From Armatimonadota bacterium (lineage in GTDB: Bacteria; Armatimonadota; SYMT01), in assembly GCA_041690135.1 (NCBI GenBank), contig JAWLHY010000001.1, positions 1,184,001 through 1,248,000 on the forward strand: a stretch of DNA of 64,000 nucleotides. The letters run 5' to 3'. The position numbers were made by a program, and so were the translations under genes. The notes under the pieces are model-generated. The model was not told where the DNA came from. It made no database searches and saw only the letters and a list, made by a program, of their open reading frames with translations. Of the stretch, positions 54,517 through 64,000 are shown one piece after another; position 1 is the stretch's first letter, and each line of letters opens with the position of its first letter.

Positions 54517-55887
54517 TTGCTCAACCTGGGCTTTCAAACGGAACGGACGTGCAGCGGGCTCTCCCGCCGCGAGGTCATCAAGGTCGGCTCGCTCGGCATG
54601 CTGGGGCTGTCGCTCCCGCACGCGGTGCAGGCGGCGGAGGCCGGCGCGGGCAACGACCTCTCCGTGCTGCTCCTGTTCCTCCGCGGCGGCGTCTCACATC
54701 TGGATACGTGGGATATGAAGCCGGAGGCTCCCCTCGCCACGGCCCGGGGAGAATTCAAGCCGATTCCGACCAACGTTTCCGGAATCCAGATGTGTGACTT
54801 GTTGCCCCAGACGGCGCGCCAGGCGGACAAGCTCACTATTTTGCGTGGAGCCCATCACACCGAGGGCGAACACGACAACGCGATGCAGTGGGTGCTCACC
54901 GGGCAGCCCCGCTCCGCCGATGGGACCATCTTCCCCAACCTGGGTGCGGTCATCGGCAAGTATAAGCCCGGCCCTTCCCTGTTGCCGCAGGCCATCCACG
55001 TAGGGACGCCGAACCTAGGTAACCCGATGGCCCCGCCGGCCGCCCCGGAACAGCGCGGCCTCAGCGCCGGGTTTATGGGCGCCGCTCACACCCCATTCAT
55101 GCTCCGTGACGTGGAGAAATTGAAGGAAGAGGAGTGGCTGCAGGCGGGAGTGGACGTCCCCATTGCACGCCTGGACCGGCGCCGGAGCCTCCTGAAGGCG
55201 ATGGACCGCATCCAGGGCAGCATCGAGTCCTATGGGCTCTCCGCCCACGATGCTGCCTATGAGCGAGCCTTCTCCATCGTGACGTCCCCGGGCGCAAAGC
55301 GGGCCTTCAACCTGGACGAGGAAGCGCCGGCCCTCCGCGACCGGTACGGGCGTCACGAATGGGGGCAGAGTTGTCTTCTTGGGCGCCGCCTGATCGAGGC
55401 GGGAGTGCGCTACGTCCAGGTGAACTGGTCCGCGCGTGGCTGGGATGCCATCACCAAAAAGGACGACTTCTTCACGCGCAGCACCTTTGACTCGCACTTC
55501 GGGCACTTTCCCTGGATGCGGCGGCAGCTTCCGCGCCTCGACCCCGGCCTCGCGACCCTCCTCGCCGACATGGATGACCGCGGGCTGCTAAAGCGTACGC
55601 TCGTTATCGTCCTGACGGAATTTGGGCGCGGTGCGGGCGTCAATGGCGACGGTGGCCGCGAGCACTGGACCAAGGCCTTCACGGTCCTGATGGCCGGCGG
55701 CGGCCTCCCGGGCGGCCGTATTCTCGGCGCTACCGACGCCAATGGCCAGGAAGTGGTCTCCGGCCGGTTCGGTCCCCAGGAGTTGCTCAACTCCGTCTAC
55801 CACCTCTGCGGCCTGGACGTGCCCGTCACCCTCCGCCTGGCCGGAATCGTCCGTGATTCATCCGAAGGCATCCCCGGCCTCGTGTAG
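54517..55887 (+). CDS. DUF1501 domain protein
   Basis: LSRREVI, FLRGGVSHLDTWDMKP, GQSCLLGRRLIEAGV, TEFGR..GGREHW. Confidence 0.92.
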   Translation: MLNLGFQTERTCSGLSRREVIKVGSLGMLGLSLPHAVQAAEAGAGNDLSVLLLFLRGGVSHLDTWDMKPEAPLATARGEFKPIPTNVSGIQMCDLLPQTARQADKLTILRGAHHTEGEHDNAMQWVLTGQPRSADGTIFPNLGAVIGKYKPGPSLLPQAIHVGTPNLGNPMAPPAAPEQRGLSAGFMGAAHTPFMLRDVEKLKEEEWLQAGVDVPIARLDRRRSLLKAMDRIQGSIESYGLSAHDAAYERAFSIVTSPGAKRAFNLDEEAPALRDRYGRHEWGQSCLLGRRLIEAGVRYVQVNWSARGWDAITKKDDFFTRSTFDSHFGHFPWMRRQLPRLDPGLATLLADMDDRGLLKRTLVIVLTEFGRGAGVNGDGGREHWTKAFTVLMAGGGLPGGRILGATDANGQEVVSGRFGPQELLNSVYHLCGLDVPVTLRLAGIVRDSSEGIPGLV

Positions 55888-56445
55888 TTCGGCAGTCGGG
55901 GACTAGAAAGGTAGCACAGGCCCTCGTGGCCGTTGGTGACGGTGCCGGCACCTGAATACTTGTACTCGTTTCCGACCACGGCCGACCCTGTCCTGGACCT
56001 GGCGATTGTGCATGCCGGTAACCGCTCGAAGCCCTGATCATGGTGGCTCGTTCTGGTGCGCGTGCTTGCAGTGCCATCCGGGACGGATCAATTGGTGTTG
56101 ACAGGGCAAGGTATGCCAGTACCGTTCCGCTATCCGGATTTGGGCGGACCTACTCATAGGTAGTGCGAGTGTGCACTACGGCCGCCGTCCGTAACCACTG
56201 GTTTGTGTGGTTCCCCCTTCGAGCAACCGCCGGTTTCCGAGACGGGTGCCGTCCGTGACCAGGACGAAGGCGTTTTGCACCTTGTGTTCGCACCGTAACC
56301 AACGGGCACGAGGCCCTCTACTACCTTCCGGGGCCACGACCATTGCGGAGGGAGGCGACTATGGTTAATCGCGCAAGAAATTGGGGGCGCGGTGGCAGGC
56401 TGGCGTACTGGGGCTCGTTGGTGTGTTGAACATCCATCAGTCAGT

Positions 56446-57345
56446 TCAGGTGCGGTGAGCGGTATCCCAGGTGCGGTAAGGCTCTTCAACAGGCGGCGGA
56501 AGAGCCCGCAGACGGGTCAGCTCCGCCTGGAGTTCCGTCGCCTCCCCTACGCCCACAAGGTCCTGCGTGAGCCGCTGCCAGCGAACGCGAAGGTCGGGAT
56601 CCAGTTGCCTGGGGAGTGTGGCCCGCAGGGTGGTCCAATGCTCGCGGACGGCGGCCGCCAGGAGAGCGTGCCCCTGGTACCGCGCGAGGGCCAGAATGCC
56701 GGATAGGGCCGCGGTGCCGCGGGGGTTCCGCAGCGAATCCCGGGTCCACTCCGGCAACACGGGCGGTAGCGAGGGCCGGAAGGGCGATTTCCCGGAAGGT
56801 AGGCCGATCATACCCGGTATCTGCCCCAGGTACTTCCGGTAGGGATCTTTGCCGGTCCGGGTCGCGACACCCGTGAGGAAGTAGAGCAGGGCCGCTGCGG
56901 AAGGGTGCTGATCCCCGGGATGGACGTCCAGCCGTTCCGGCGGCACCTGGATGAGCTTCTCCGCGAGTCTCTCGGCCAGCGTGGACGCTCTGCGGCCGCC
57001 CCTTGTCGCCAGTTCCAGAAGCCCTCGACCCAGCTCGGCGGTACCCCAGTACTCGTCCACTCCCCGGGTGGAGGCTCCCAGGCGATCTGCCGCACCATAG
57101 ACCCCCAGGTAACCATCCGGTTCCTGTGATTCCACCAGGTGCCGCAGCAGACTCTCCATGCGATCCGAAGGCGCATTCCGGCCAGGCCGGGTGCCTGCCT
57201 GCAGCCACAGCCCCAGCCGTTCCAGTGCCGGCGTGTTCCCCGTGCGATCCCGAACCCCCCTGGCCCAGGAAACTTCGGGACTTTCGGCTCCTGCTGGTCG
57301 GGTGACCAGGCAGGCTGCCGCCAGAATCAGGTCTCTGCGTTGCAT
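56446..57345 (-). CDS. Tat-exported helical protein, distantly GH127-like alpha-barrel fragment
   Basis: MQRRDLILAAA leader, LVESQEPDGYLG motif, about 300 aa. Confidence 0.55.
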   Translation of the reverse strand: MQRRDLILAAACLVTRPAGAESPEVSWARGVRDRTGNTPALERLGLWLQAGTRPGRNAPSDRMESLLRHLVESQEPDGYLGVYGAADRLGASTRGVDEYWGTAELGRGLLELATRGGRRASTLAERLAEKLIQVPPERLDVHPGDQHPSAAALLYFLTGVATRTGKDPYRKYLGQIPGMIGLPSGKSPFRPSLPPVLPEWTRDSLRNPRGTAALSGILALARYQGHALLAAAVREHWTTLRATLPRQLDPDLRVRWQRLTQDLVGVGEATELQAELTRLRALPPPVEEPYRTWDTAHRT

Positions 57346-57499
57346 CGGGTTTTTTCTTCCAAGGTGGGAATGGTTCGAGCTCGTTGGCCACCAGCCAGCA
57401 ACGTGAACGAGAAGCTTCCGCCCCTGATTTGAGAGCACCCGCTTGCAGAGCCTACAAGTGCACGCGTGTTCTCTCGTCAACCTGTCCTACTGTCGCTTA

Positions 57500-57538
57500 T
57501 TAAGGCAGGGCTAAGGCTCCGTTCAGGGACCGTTTAGA
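57500..57538 (+). promoter_or_regulatory. Four 11-bp-phased direct repeats, OmpR/PhoB-type operator candidate
   Basis: TTAAGG (57500), CTAAGG (57511), TTCAGG (57522), TTTAGA (57533) in the divergent intergenic region. Confidence 0.55.
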
Positions 57539-57626
57539 CAGCCGGTTTACACTCCTAACGAAGTTGGAAGGCCGGAGCGCCCGCTTGCATAGGTGGCTCG
57601 GCCCTTTCCTCAAAGGAGTCTACCGA

Positions 57627-58574
57627 ATGTCAGCCAACCTGACCGCACAGCGGCGGAAGGGCTTTACGCTCATCGAGTTGCTCGTGGTGATTGCCATTAT
57701 CGCCATCCTCGCCGCCATTCTCTTCCCCGTTTTCGCCCAGGCTCGCGAAGCGGCTCGAAAGGCGAGCTGCCTGAATAACGTCAAGCAGATGGGTAGCGCC
57801 ATCATCATGTATGCCCAGGACTACGACGGAACCTTTCCGCAGGCGTACTACTACAACAACGACAGCAACTCCGGCGGCGGTTACTCGCAGTGGTCCGGCA
57901 CCGTGCAGCCGTATGTAAAGAACTGGCAGATGTTCGTCTGCCCGAGCGACAAGGTCAAAGGTCTGGCTCCCACCAACTTCGCCGGCAACAACATGGGCTT
58001 CGGCACCCCTCCCGGCCAGACGGCGCAGAACGCCATCCAGGATCTCCAGGCCCCGCGCCTCTCCTACACCGCCAACGCCGCGGTGATGCCCCGCAAGCGC
58101 CGTTCGGCCGACCCCGCCAACGTGGTCTATGAATCGATGCTCGACGCGCCGGCCGACACCATCCTGGTGGCCGAAATGACCGATATCCCGCCCTGTATTA
58201 ACGACAGCTCGGCGGCTTCCGGCGTGGCCTACAAGTCGCACCGCTCCACCAACGCGGTGGTCATGGCGGGTGGCGGCACCTTCACCGGCGAATCCGAAGC
58301 TCCCGGCACTCCCCTCGAAGCGATCACCCCGGCCCAGGCACGGTCCGCCCTGCAGACCTGCCAGACGGCCAGTTCCAACGGCTTGCCGCACATTGCCTAT
58401 ACCGCGCCGTTCCGACACGCGGACGGGTCCAACTACCTTTACTGCGACGGCCACGCCAAGTTCTCCAAGCTGGACGCGACACTGAACCCCAACGCTTTCC
58501 AGTGGGGCAAGCGGATGTACTCGCACGGCAACGCCCCGATCTACAAGCCCGGCACGACCACCCCGGTCCAGTAG
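57627..58574 (+). CDS. DUF1559 / prepilin-type N-terminal methylation protein with H-X9-DG motif
   Basis: [71 protein letters not shown]. Confidence 0.95.
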   Translation: MSANLTAQRRKGFTLIELLVVIAIIAILAAILFPVFAQAREAARKASCLNNVKQMGSAIIMYAQDYDGTFPQAYYYNNDSNSGGGYSQWSGTVQPYVKNWQMFVCPSDKVKGLAPTNFAGNNMGFGTPPGQTAQNAIQDLQAPRLSYTANAAVMPRKRRSADPANVVYESMLDAPADTILVAEMTDIPPCINDSSAASGVAYKSHRSTNAVVMAGGGTFTGESEAPGTPLEAITPAQARSALQTCQTASSNGLPHIAYTAPFRHADGSNYLYCDGHAKFSKLDATLNPNAFQWGKRMYSHGNAPIYKPGTTTPVQ

Positions 58575-58592
58575 TCCCCATCTCAAGACCCA

Positions 58593-58622
58593 GGTGAGGA
58601 GGGCCCTCGGACTCTCCTCACC
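58593..58622 (+). other. Intergenic stem-loop after the DUF1559 gene
   Basis: GGTGAGGAG...CTCCTCACC with no U-tract; more likely an mRNA-stabilising or processing hairpin than a terminator. Confidence 0.45.
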
Positions 58623-58639
58623 CCACGGAGGTGAAAGCA

Positions 58640-58837
58640 ATGCCGCAGTTCAAGCCCTGGCATGAATGGGACGTCCCTCCGCCCTGGATGTGTGCGGTGA
58701 TGGGGATCGTGATCATTGGCGTTTTCACCGGCGTGATGTGGCAGGTGAGCGAACGCAAGTCGGCGGCACTCAAAGCCACCCTGACTCCTGCTGTGGCCCC
58801 CGCCCGCAGCGATCCCAACGATCCAGACAGCTTCTAG
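58640..58837 (+). CDS. Small single-TM protein (65 aa)
   Basis: SD GGAGGTG before ATG at 58640, one TM helix. Confidence 0.7.
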   Translation: MPQFKPWHEWDVPPPWMCAVMGIVIIGVFTGVMWQVSERKSAALKATLTPAVAPARSDPNDPDSF

Positions 58838-59007
58838 GGTCGCGAGGTCGCCCGGATGTCAAGCAGCCAAGGCAGGCAGGTGAGTGTATCTTGGGCGCGA
58901 CCTGTGAAAGCCCGGTCGTGCTTTTTTACGTATCCAGCTGCAGGAATTGACTGACACCGTCACCAACCCGCTTGAGACGCAGGACGGCGCCAGACGGGAG
59001 TAGGACG

Positions 59008-60066
59008 ATGATGCACGCAGGCTTGATTGGGGCCAGCAGCTTCGGCAGACACCACCTCCAGGGCTATCAGAATTCGCCGCACGTTGAGGCGGTGATCCTG
59101 GCGGGCCGGAACCGGGGAAAGTTGGAAGAGCTGCAGCGCCAGTTCCCCAAGGTCCGGGCGGTCACCACCGATTACCACGACCTGATTGCGGATCCCCGGA
59201 TCGATCTCATCGATATCGTTCTGCCGCATGACCTGCACCTTCCGGTCGCGCTGGAAGCGTTCGCGCACGGCAAGCATGTGCTGGTTGAGAAACCGCCCGC
59301 CCGCACGGTGGCGGAGTTCGAGGCGATGATCGCGGCCGCGGAGACGGTCGGGAAGCGCCTGTTCGTGGTAATGAACCTGCTCTTCACGCCCATGCACCGG
59401 GTGGTCCGGCAGGTGATTGACGCGGGACGGATCGGGCGGCCATTCCTTTCCTTCGAGACGGCTGTCCGCAATGCTCTAGCGATCTATGAAAACTCCGACT
59501 ACTGGAGAGCCGACCGCGAGCGCTGTGGCGGCGGACTTCAGATCGACGGAGGCTTTCACGGGGTCTACCGGCAGCTCTACTTCCTCGAAAGCCTCGGCGC
59601 ACCCACGTCACTGATGGCCGACAATGCGCAGATTGGGGTATATATGCCCTCAAAAGGGGAGGATTTCTCCACGCTGACCCTGGCCTACCAGAACGGCGCT
59701 CGCATCCACCTGATGAACCAGTGGACGGCCCGTGCACCTATGGGAGAGGTGCCCAGCGGCGTTCTGGGCACCGGGGGGGCGCTCGTCTTCACCGGTTCGC
59801 ATGCGACCCCCCTGGTCCTTCGCCGGCCCGAACGGGCGGATGAGGCGATCCCCGTGCCGGACGGACCGAGCGGGTTCGCCGAGTCGGTCACGGCGTGTGT
59901 CGAACATTACGTCGAGTGCCTGGCCACCGGACGGGAGCCTTACGTCGGTCTGGATCTGCCAATGCTAACGCTGGAGATCATTACCGCCGCCTACCGCGCG
60001 GCGGTAGAGGGGCGGAGAGTAGCTCTGAAGACCGGTTTCCGCACCCGGTTTCCCGCGGAGTGCTGA
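59008..60066 (+). CDS. Gfo/Idh/MocA family oxidoreductase
   Basis: GLIGASSFG, GKHVLVEKP, GGGLQIDGGFH. Confidence 0.9.
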   Translation: MMHAGLIGASSFGRHHLQGYQNSPHVEAVILAGRNRGKLEELQRQFPKVRAVTTDYHDLIADPRIDLIDIVLPHDLHLPVALEAFAHGKHVLVEKPPARTVAEFEAMIAAAETVGKRLFVVMNLLFTPMHRVVRQVIDAGRIGRPFLSFETAVRNALAIYENSDYWRADRERCGGGLQIDGGFHGVYRQLYFLESLGAPTSLMADNAQIGVYMPSKGEDFSTLTLAYQNGARIHLMNQWTARAPMGEVPSGVLGTGGALVFTGSHATPLVLRRPERADEAIPVPDGPSGFAESVTACVEHYVECLATGREPYVGLDLPMLTLEIITAAYRAAVEGRRVALKTGFRTRFPAEC

Positions 60067-60098
60067 GGCACTGCGCGCGCAACCGTACCGGCTGGGGA

Positions 60099-61145
60099 CT
60101 ACGACGCCAGGGCCACCGGAACGTGCTCCGCGGCGCGGCGACGGGTTTCATCGGCACGGAAGTACCATTCCGCCTCGCGCACGTCATCCGCCGAGCCGAT
60201 CACGAGTGGCACGCGTTGGTGCAGGGAGGCCGGCTGGAGTTCCAAAATCGGCAGATGACCGGTGCTGGCGCGGCCTCCCGCCTGTTCCGCGATGAAGGCC
60301 AGGGGCGCCGCTTCGTAGAGCAGGCGCAGCTTGCCGTTCGGGTTCTTGGTGTCCCCCGGATAGAGGAAAATGCCACCCTTCAAGAGGTTGCGGTGGAAGT
60401 CCGCCACCAGGCTGCCGACGTAACGAGAAGTGCAGGGCCCGCCCACGCGGTCGGGGCTCCGCAGCGCGTCGACGTAAGCGCGCACGCCCGGAGTCCACTG
60501 GTGTCGGTTGCCCTCATTGACGCTGTACATCCGGCCCTTGGCGGGAGTGCGGATGTTCGGGTGACTCAGGATGAACTCACCGATGGTGGGGTCCAGGGTA
60601 AAGCCGTGCACCCCGTTGCCCGAACTGTAGACGAAGATGGTGCTGCTGCCATACACCACGTAGCCCGCGGCGATCTGCCGGGACCCCCGTTGTAGGAGAT
60701 CCTCCTCGGTTCCCGGCCCCTCGGTGGTCACACGCCGATGGATGCTGAAGATGGTCCCGACGCTGATGTTGAAGTCGATGTTGCTCGAACCGTCGAGCGG
60801 ATCGAAGGCCAGGGTGTAGCGACCGGTGGATGCTTCGTCCACGGGCAGCGGAAGGAGGTCCGGAAGTTCCTCGCTGGCCAGCGCGCAGAGGTGGCCGCTG
60901 TGCATCACTGTGCGGCAGAGGAGATCGTTAGCGAGCAGGTCGAGCTTCTGCTGCGTTTCGCCGTGCGTGTTGCTGCTGTTCGCCGCGCCGAGCACATTGG
61001 TGAGACCGGCCCGCCGCACTTCCCGGGTGATAACCTTGGCAGCCGTGGCGATCGACGTCATCAGGCCGGTAAAGTAGCCGCTCCGTCCCAACCTCCGCTG
61101 CTCGCTGATCAAATGATGCTCCAGGGTAACCAGGTGCGCGTTCAT
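60099..61145 (-). CDS. fbp: Class 1 fructose-1,6-bisphosphatase
   Basis: GETQQKLD, ASEE, FDPLDGSSNID, RYVGSLVADFHRNLLKGGIFLYP, GKLRLLYEAAP. Confidence 0.96.
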   Translation of the reverse strand: MNAHLVTLEHHLISEQRRLGRSGYFTGLMTSIATAAKVITREVRRAGLTNVLGAANSSNTHGETQQKLDLLANDLLCRTVMHSGHLCALASEELPDLLPLPVDEASTGRYTLAFDPLDGSSNIDFNISVGTIFSIHRRVTTEGPGTEEDLLQRGSRQIAAGYVVYGSSTIFVYSSGNGVHGFTLDPTIGEFILSHPNIRTPAKGRMYSVNEGNRHQWTPGVRAYVDALRSPDRVGGPCTSRYVGSLVADFHRNLLKGGIFLYPGDTKNPNGKLRLLYEAAPLAFIAEQAGGRASTGHLPILELQPASLHQRVPLVIGSADDVREAEWYFRADETRRRAAEHVPVALAS

Positions 61146-61415
61146 CGGTCTCCTCCCGCCTCTCGAAGGCAGCTCGTGTAGGTGATGCACTAAGCCTACC
61201 TCCTATAGAGGTCCACCCTTTTACGCCTCCGTGAAACCTGAATGAAGTGCGTGTTAACAGCAGGTTACTTCGTGCGGTGCGACCTCCGGACACCTGGGAG
61301 CTAACAACACTCCGCAATCTTTGTCGTCAGCGTAATCCCTGGTCGCCAAAAAGCGAGGGGGCAGCGGGCCCAGGTGCGCGGGCCCCCCGCGTTCCTTCCG
61401 AGGCTATCGCGCGCT

Positions 61416-61994
61416 TTAGATTTCGTCCTCGCGGAAGATCCGATCGGTGAGCGCGCGGACCGCCTGCTGTTCGATGACCGCCGCGTGCCGCTCCTTCTCC
61501 CGAAGGATCGGTTTCACCACCTCGTCGAGCCGCCGGTCTCCCGCGGCGTAGGCGGCACGTTGAAGTGCGATCCAACTGATGCGCGAAAGTCGCTCCGCGG
61601 TGATCAGTTCGCCAAGATCGCTTTTACCGTCCGCCTTCTCCGCGCGCGGCAAGCCTGCATCCGGCGCCAGCTCCCGGTACAGCGCTTCCAGGGCGCCCCG
61701 GTGGGAAGTGACCTGATTCTGCACTCCGCTCAGCACTTCGTCGGGTGCTTGCTGCAGCAGGGACTGAAGGCCGGCGAGGAGTCGCTGTTCGCGATCCAGG
61801 GCGTCGCGCACCAGCCCTGCCACTGCCGCCGCATCGATGGGGCTCTGGATCCGGATCGGTCCCTTCACCTCCAGCGGAAAGCTGACGAAGGCCTCGGATC
61901 GCTGCGCACCGCCGCCCTGCCCCTCCCCCTTCCGGGGAATGCGACCGCCGCGCCCTGATCGGCCGCGACCGCCACGTCTTCGCTGATCTGCCAT
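61416..61994 (-). CDS. Hypothetical protein with basic N-terminus and ferritin-like helical domain
   Basis: Helical pattern with E..H pairs (ILREKERH), SD GAGGTG. Confidence 0.65.
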   Translation of the reverse strand: MADQRRRGGRGRSGRGGRIPRKGEGQGGGAQRSEAFVSFPLEVKGPIRIQSPIDAAAVAGLVRDALDREQRLLAGLQSLLQQAPDEVLSGVQNQVTSHRGALEALYRELAPDAGLPRAEKADGKSDLGELITAERLSRISWIALQRAAYAAGDRRLDEVVKPILREKERHAAVIEQQAVRALTDRIFREDEI

Positions 61995-62002
61995 GCTTCA
62001 CC

Positions 62003-64000
62003 TCACTCCGTCTGCGCCGGAGTCTCCGGCTCCTGTCCCGGCGCGGGATTTGTCTCGGTCTCTCCGCGAGAAGCGGCTGCTTCATCCGCGGCGGGCGGTG
62101 ACTCGACCTCCCCCGCGGCCGGCTCCGTCTGTTCAGCTGGCTCCGTCTGTTCGGCCGGCTCCCCCGTCGTATCCGGAACCGCGGTTTCCTCTACCGGGGC
62201 AGCCGGCGTGGTATCGCCTTCCTCTGCCGGCCCGGTCGGAACCGGATCCGTGGTTGCCGCGGGGGATTCCTCGGGCGCGGACTCGTCAACCGGCGCGGGA
62301 ACTTGGCCGGCTTCCGCGGGGGGCGCGGCGACCTGTTCTTCTTCCGCGGAGCCTTCCGTGGCCGAGACGATGTTCTGGTCGGGAGCGCCTGCCCCGGCTT
62401 CATCGGTCGCCGCTTCAGCCGGCTCGCCTTCCGCGGGGCCGCCGGCTTCAGGGGCCGCGGGTGCCGGCTCCCCTTCGGGAACCAACTCACGACCAGCTTC
62501 GGGGGCCGGTCCGGCGGCCGCGGACTCTTCTGCCGTGGCCTCCGAGCCGGAAGTCTCCGGCACGTCGTCGGCACTTTCCGCCACCACTTCGTCCGGGATT
62601 TCCGCCTCCGCGACTGCCTCCGAGGCTTCGGCGCTCTCCGCCGGAGTTTCGGGCGTCGGCGTCTCTTCCGGTTCCGTCACTTCCGGAGTGGGTTCCACCG
62701 GTTGTTCGGCTGCCAACGGCTCGGCGGACTCCTTCGGGGCCGGTTCTTCCGTCGGCCGGGCGGACTGGGCTGTTGGGGTGGAAACCAGAAGCATTGGCCG
62801 GATGCGGGTGATCCGCCAGACCACACCCGTTCCGCCGAACGCTTCGATTCCGTACTCGCGGTTGAGGTGGATCTCCCCCAGGTCCACTACGTACAGCACT
62901 TCCCCGGTGGGATCAAACGCCACGTCGAACGGTCGTTCGAGACCACCGCTGTGGTTAGCGGCGGAGGAAGGAGCCGCCTGTTTGTTGACCAGGAAGTCCG
63001 TGACCGCTCCGGAGCGCATATCCACCCGAACCACCCGGTACCCGCTCGGGGCCACGTCCTCGCCGGGGTAGGCCGCGGCGCTCCACTCTCCGGTAAGGGC
63101 CACAAAGGCTTCGCCGACAAAGCCGAAGCCTTCCGCCGTGGAGAACCCGAGCCGGCCGATTCCCGCGCGTGCGGGGAATACGGTGAGCGGCGAAGCGGAG
63201 ACCGTTGGGGCGTTCGCCAGCAACGGACGCGGCTGGGGATGACCGGGCAGGCGGAACCGGGCTTCCGTAACCGGAATGCCGCTGGCATGGTCCGGCCAAC
63301 CGTAATACTCGCCCGACCGAATCTCCCACAGGTTGTCGGGGGCTCCCGCGATGGGGCGACTCCCCCGCTCTTCCATACCGCCTTCCGTGGCGAAGATTCG
63401 CCCGTCCGGCGCACAGGCGACCCCGACCGGGTTGCGGAGGCCCCAGGCGAGCCGCTCCGGTTCGGACGCGTCCGGCGCCAGGCAGTAGACGGCGCCGCCG
63501 CAGCGTTGGGCGCCGCCCAGCTTCTCGCCCGGCTCGCTGCGGACCGAGTACGGCTTGAAGCCCCCGGTGGTAACCCGCGCCGCGCCGGCCGGCGTCGTCC
63601 GCGAGGTCACGTAGTTGATCCCGGTCAACTGCACGTCGACACCGGGAATATCCGCGTGCTGGGGATTCCGGGCGACCCAACCCCGCGCGATGTTGTCCAA
63701 CCCCACTACGCCGCTGTTCGTCCGCGTGCCCAACCCGAACAGCAAAGCGCCGTTAGCGTCCTGTGAAAGTCCGCTCAGGCCGTAGTCTCCCCCTCCCGGG
63801 AGACCCTCCACCAGGATCTTGACTTCTCCCTCCGCAGTCACCCGCAAGATGCGGGGAGAGGGACCGTCTTCTGCAATCAGCAGTTCGCCTTCCCGGTACA
63901 CCAGCCCGACAATCGGGTTCTCAAGTCTGCCGATTTCGGAGACGGACTGGTCCGGGTCCACCCGCAAGACCCTGGGTACGGCCACTACCGAGCCGGCGAC
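62003..64000 (-). CDS. Glucose/sorbosone-dehydrogenase-like beta-propeller with long acidic Pro/Ala/Glu tail (5' end off window)
   Basis: GLGTRTNSGVVG, AWGLRNPVG, YYGWPD, GLERPFDVAFDP, LYVVDLG. The frame stays open to the window edge. Confidence 0.8.
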   Translation of the reverse strand, partial: VAGSVVAVPRVLRVDPDQSVSEIGRLENPIVGLVYREGELLIAEDGPSPRILRVTAEGEVKILVEGLPGGGDYGLSGLSQDANGALLFGLGTRTNSGVVGLDNIARGWVARNPQHADIPGVDVQLTGINYVTSRTTPAGAARVTTGGFKPYSVRSEPGEKLGGAQRCGGAVYCLAPDASEPERLAWGLRNPVGVACAPDGRIFATEGGMEERGSRPIAGAPDNLWEIRSGEYYGWPDHASGIPVTEARFRLPGHPQPRPLLANAPTVSASPLTVFPARAGIGRLGFSTAEGFGFVGEAFVALTGEWSAAAYPGEDVAPSGYRVVRVDMRSGAVTDFLVNKQAAPSSAANHSGGLERPFDVAFDPTGEVLYVVDLGEIHLNREYGIEAFGGTGVVWRITRIRPMLLVSTPTAQSARPTEEPAPKESAEPLAAEQPVEPTPEVTEPEETPTPETPAESAEASEAVAEAEIPDEVVAESADDVPETSGSEATAEESAAAGPAPEAGRELVPEGEPAPAAPEAGGPAEGEPAEAATDEAGAGAPDQNIVSATEGSAEEEQVAAPPAEAGQVPAPVDESAPEESPAATTDPVPTGPAEEGDTTPAAPVEETAVPDTTGEPAEQTEPAEQTEPAAGEVESPPAADEAAASRGETETNPAPGQEPETPAQTE

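Overview
GC-rich, gene-dense bacterial chromosomal window. The mix of DUF1501, DUF1549/1553 and DUF1559 prepilin proteins with polX, recO and ymdB suggests Armatimonadota or a similar lineage (inference). I saw no rRNA, tRNA or CRISPR array. All family calls come from motif recognition by eye, not database searches. Main contents: (1) a complete lasso-peptide-type RiPP cluster at 3311-10194 (RRE, cyclase, precursor, HPr-type kinase, B2 protease, nucleotidyltransferase, ABC exporter). Its 53-aa precursor (7783-7944) is not a separate ORF in the supplied track and breaks the usual lasso rules. (2) A tightly packed nucleic-acid end-processing operon at 14459-19772: beta-CASP nuclease ending in a QLSLF clamp motif, Clp1-type 5'-kinase, histidine phosphatase, RecO, and a PolX with a degenerate polymerase site but intact PHP nuclease motifs. 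(3) A seven-gene envelope operon of unknown function at 21624-31103: His/Glu-rich membrane protein, YtkA/FixH lipoprotein, 4Fe-4S membrane protein, N-terminal-His protein, two ASPIC/UnbV proteins and an UnbU/RnfD-like protein, with no enediyne PKS in the window. (4) A c-di-GMP enzyme plus PilZ flanking a LarA homologue, a GH39 whose acid/base Glu is replaced by Gln, an ABC exporter fused to a CxxC-less redoxin, an ISAzo13 remnant, REP-like and short tandem repeats, an 11-bp-phased operator array before a DUF1559 gene, and housekeeping genes (typA, ymdB, fbp).
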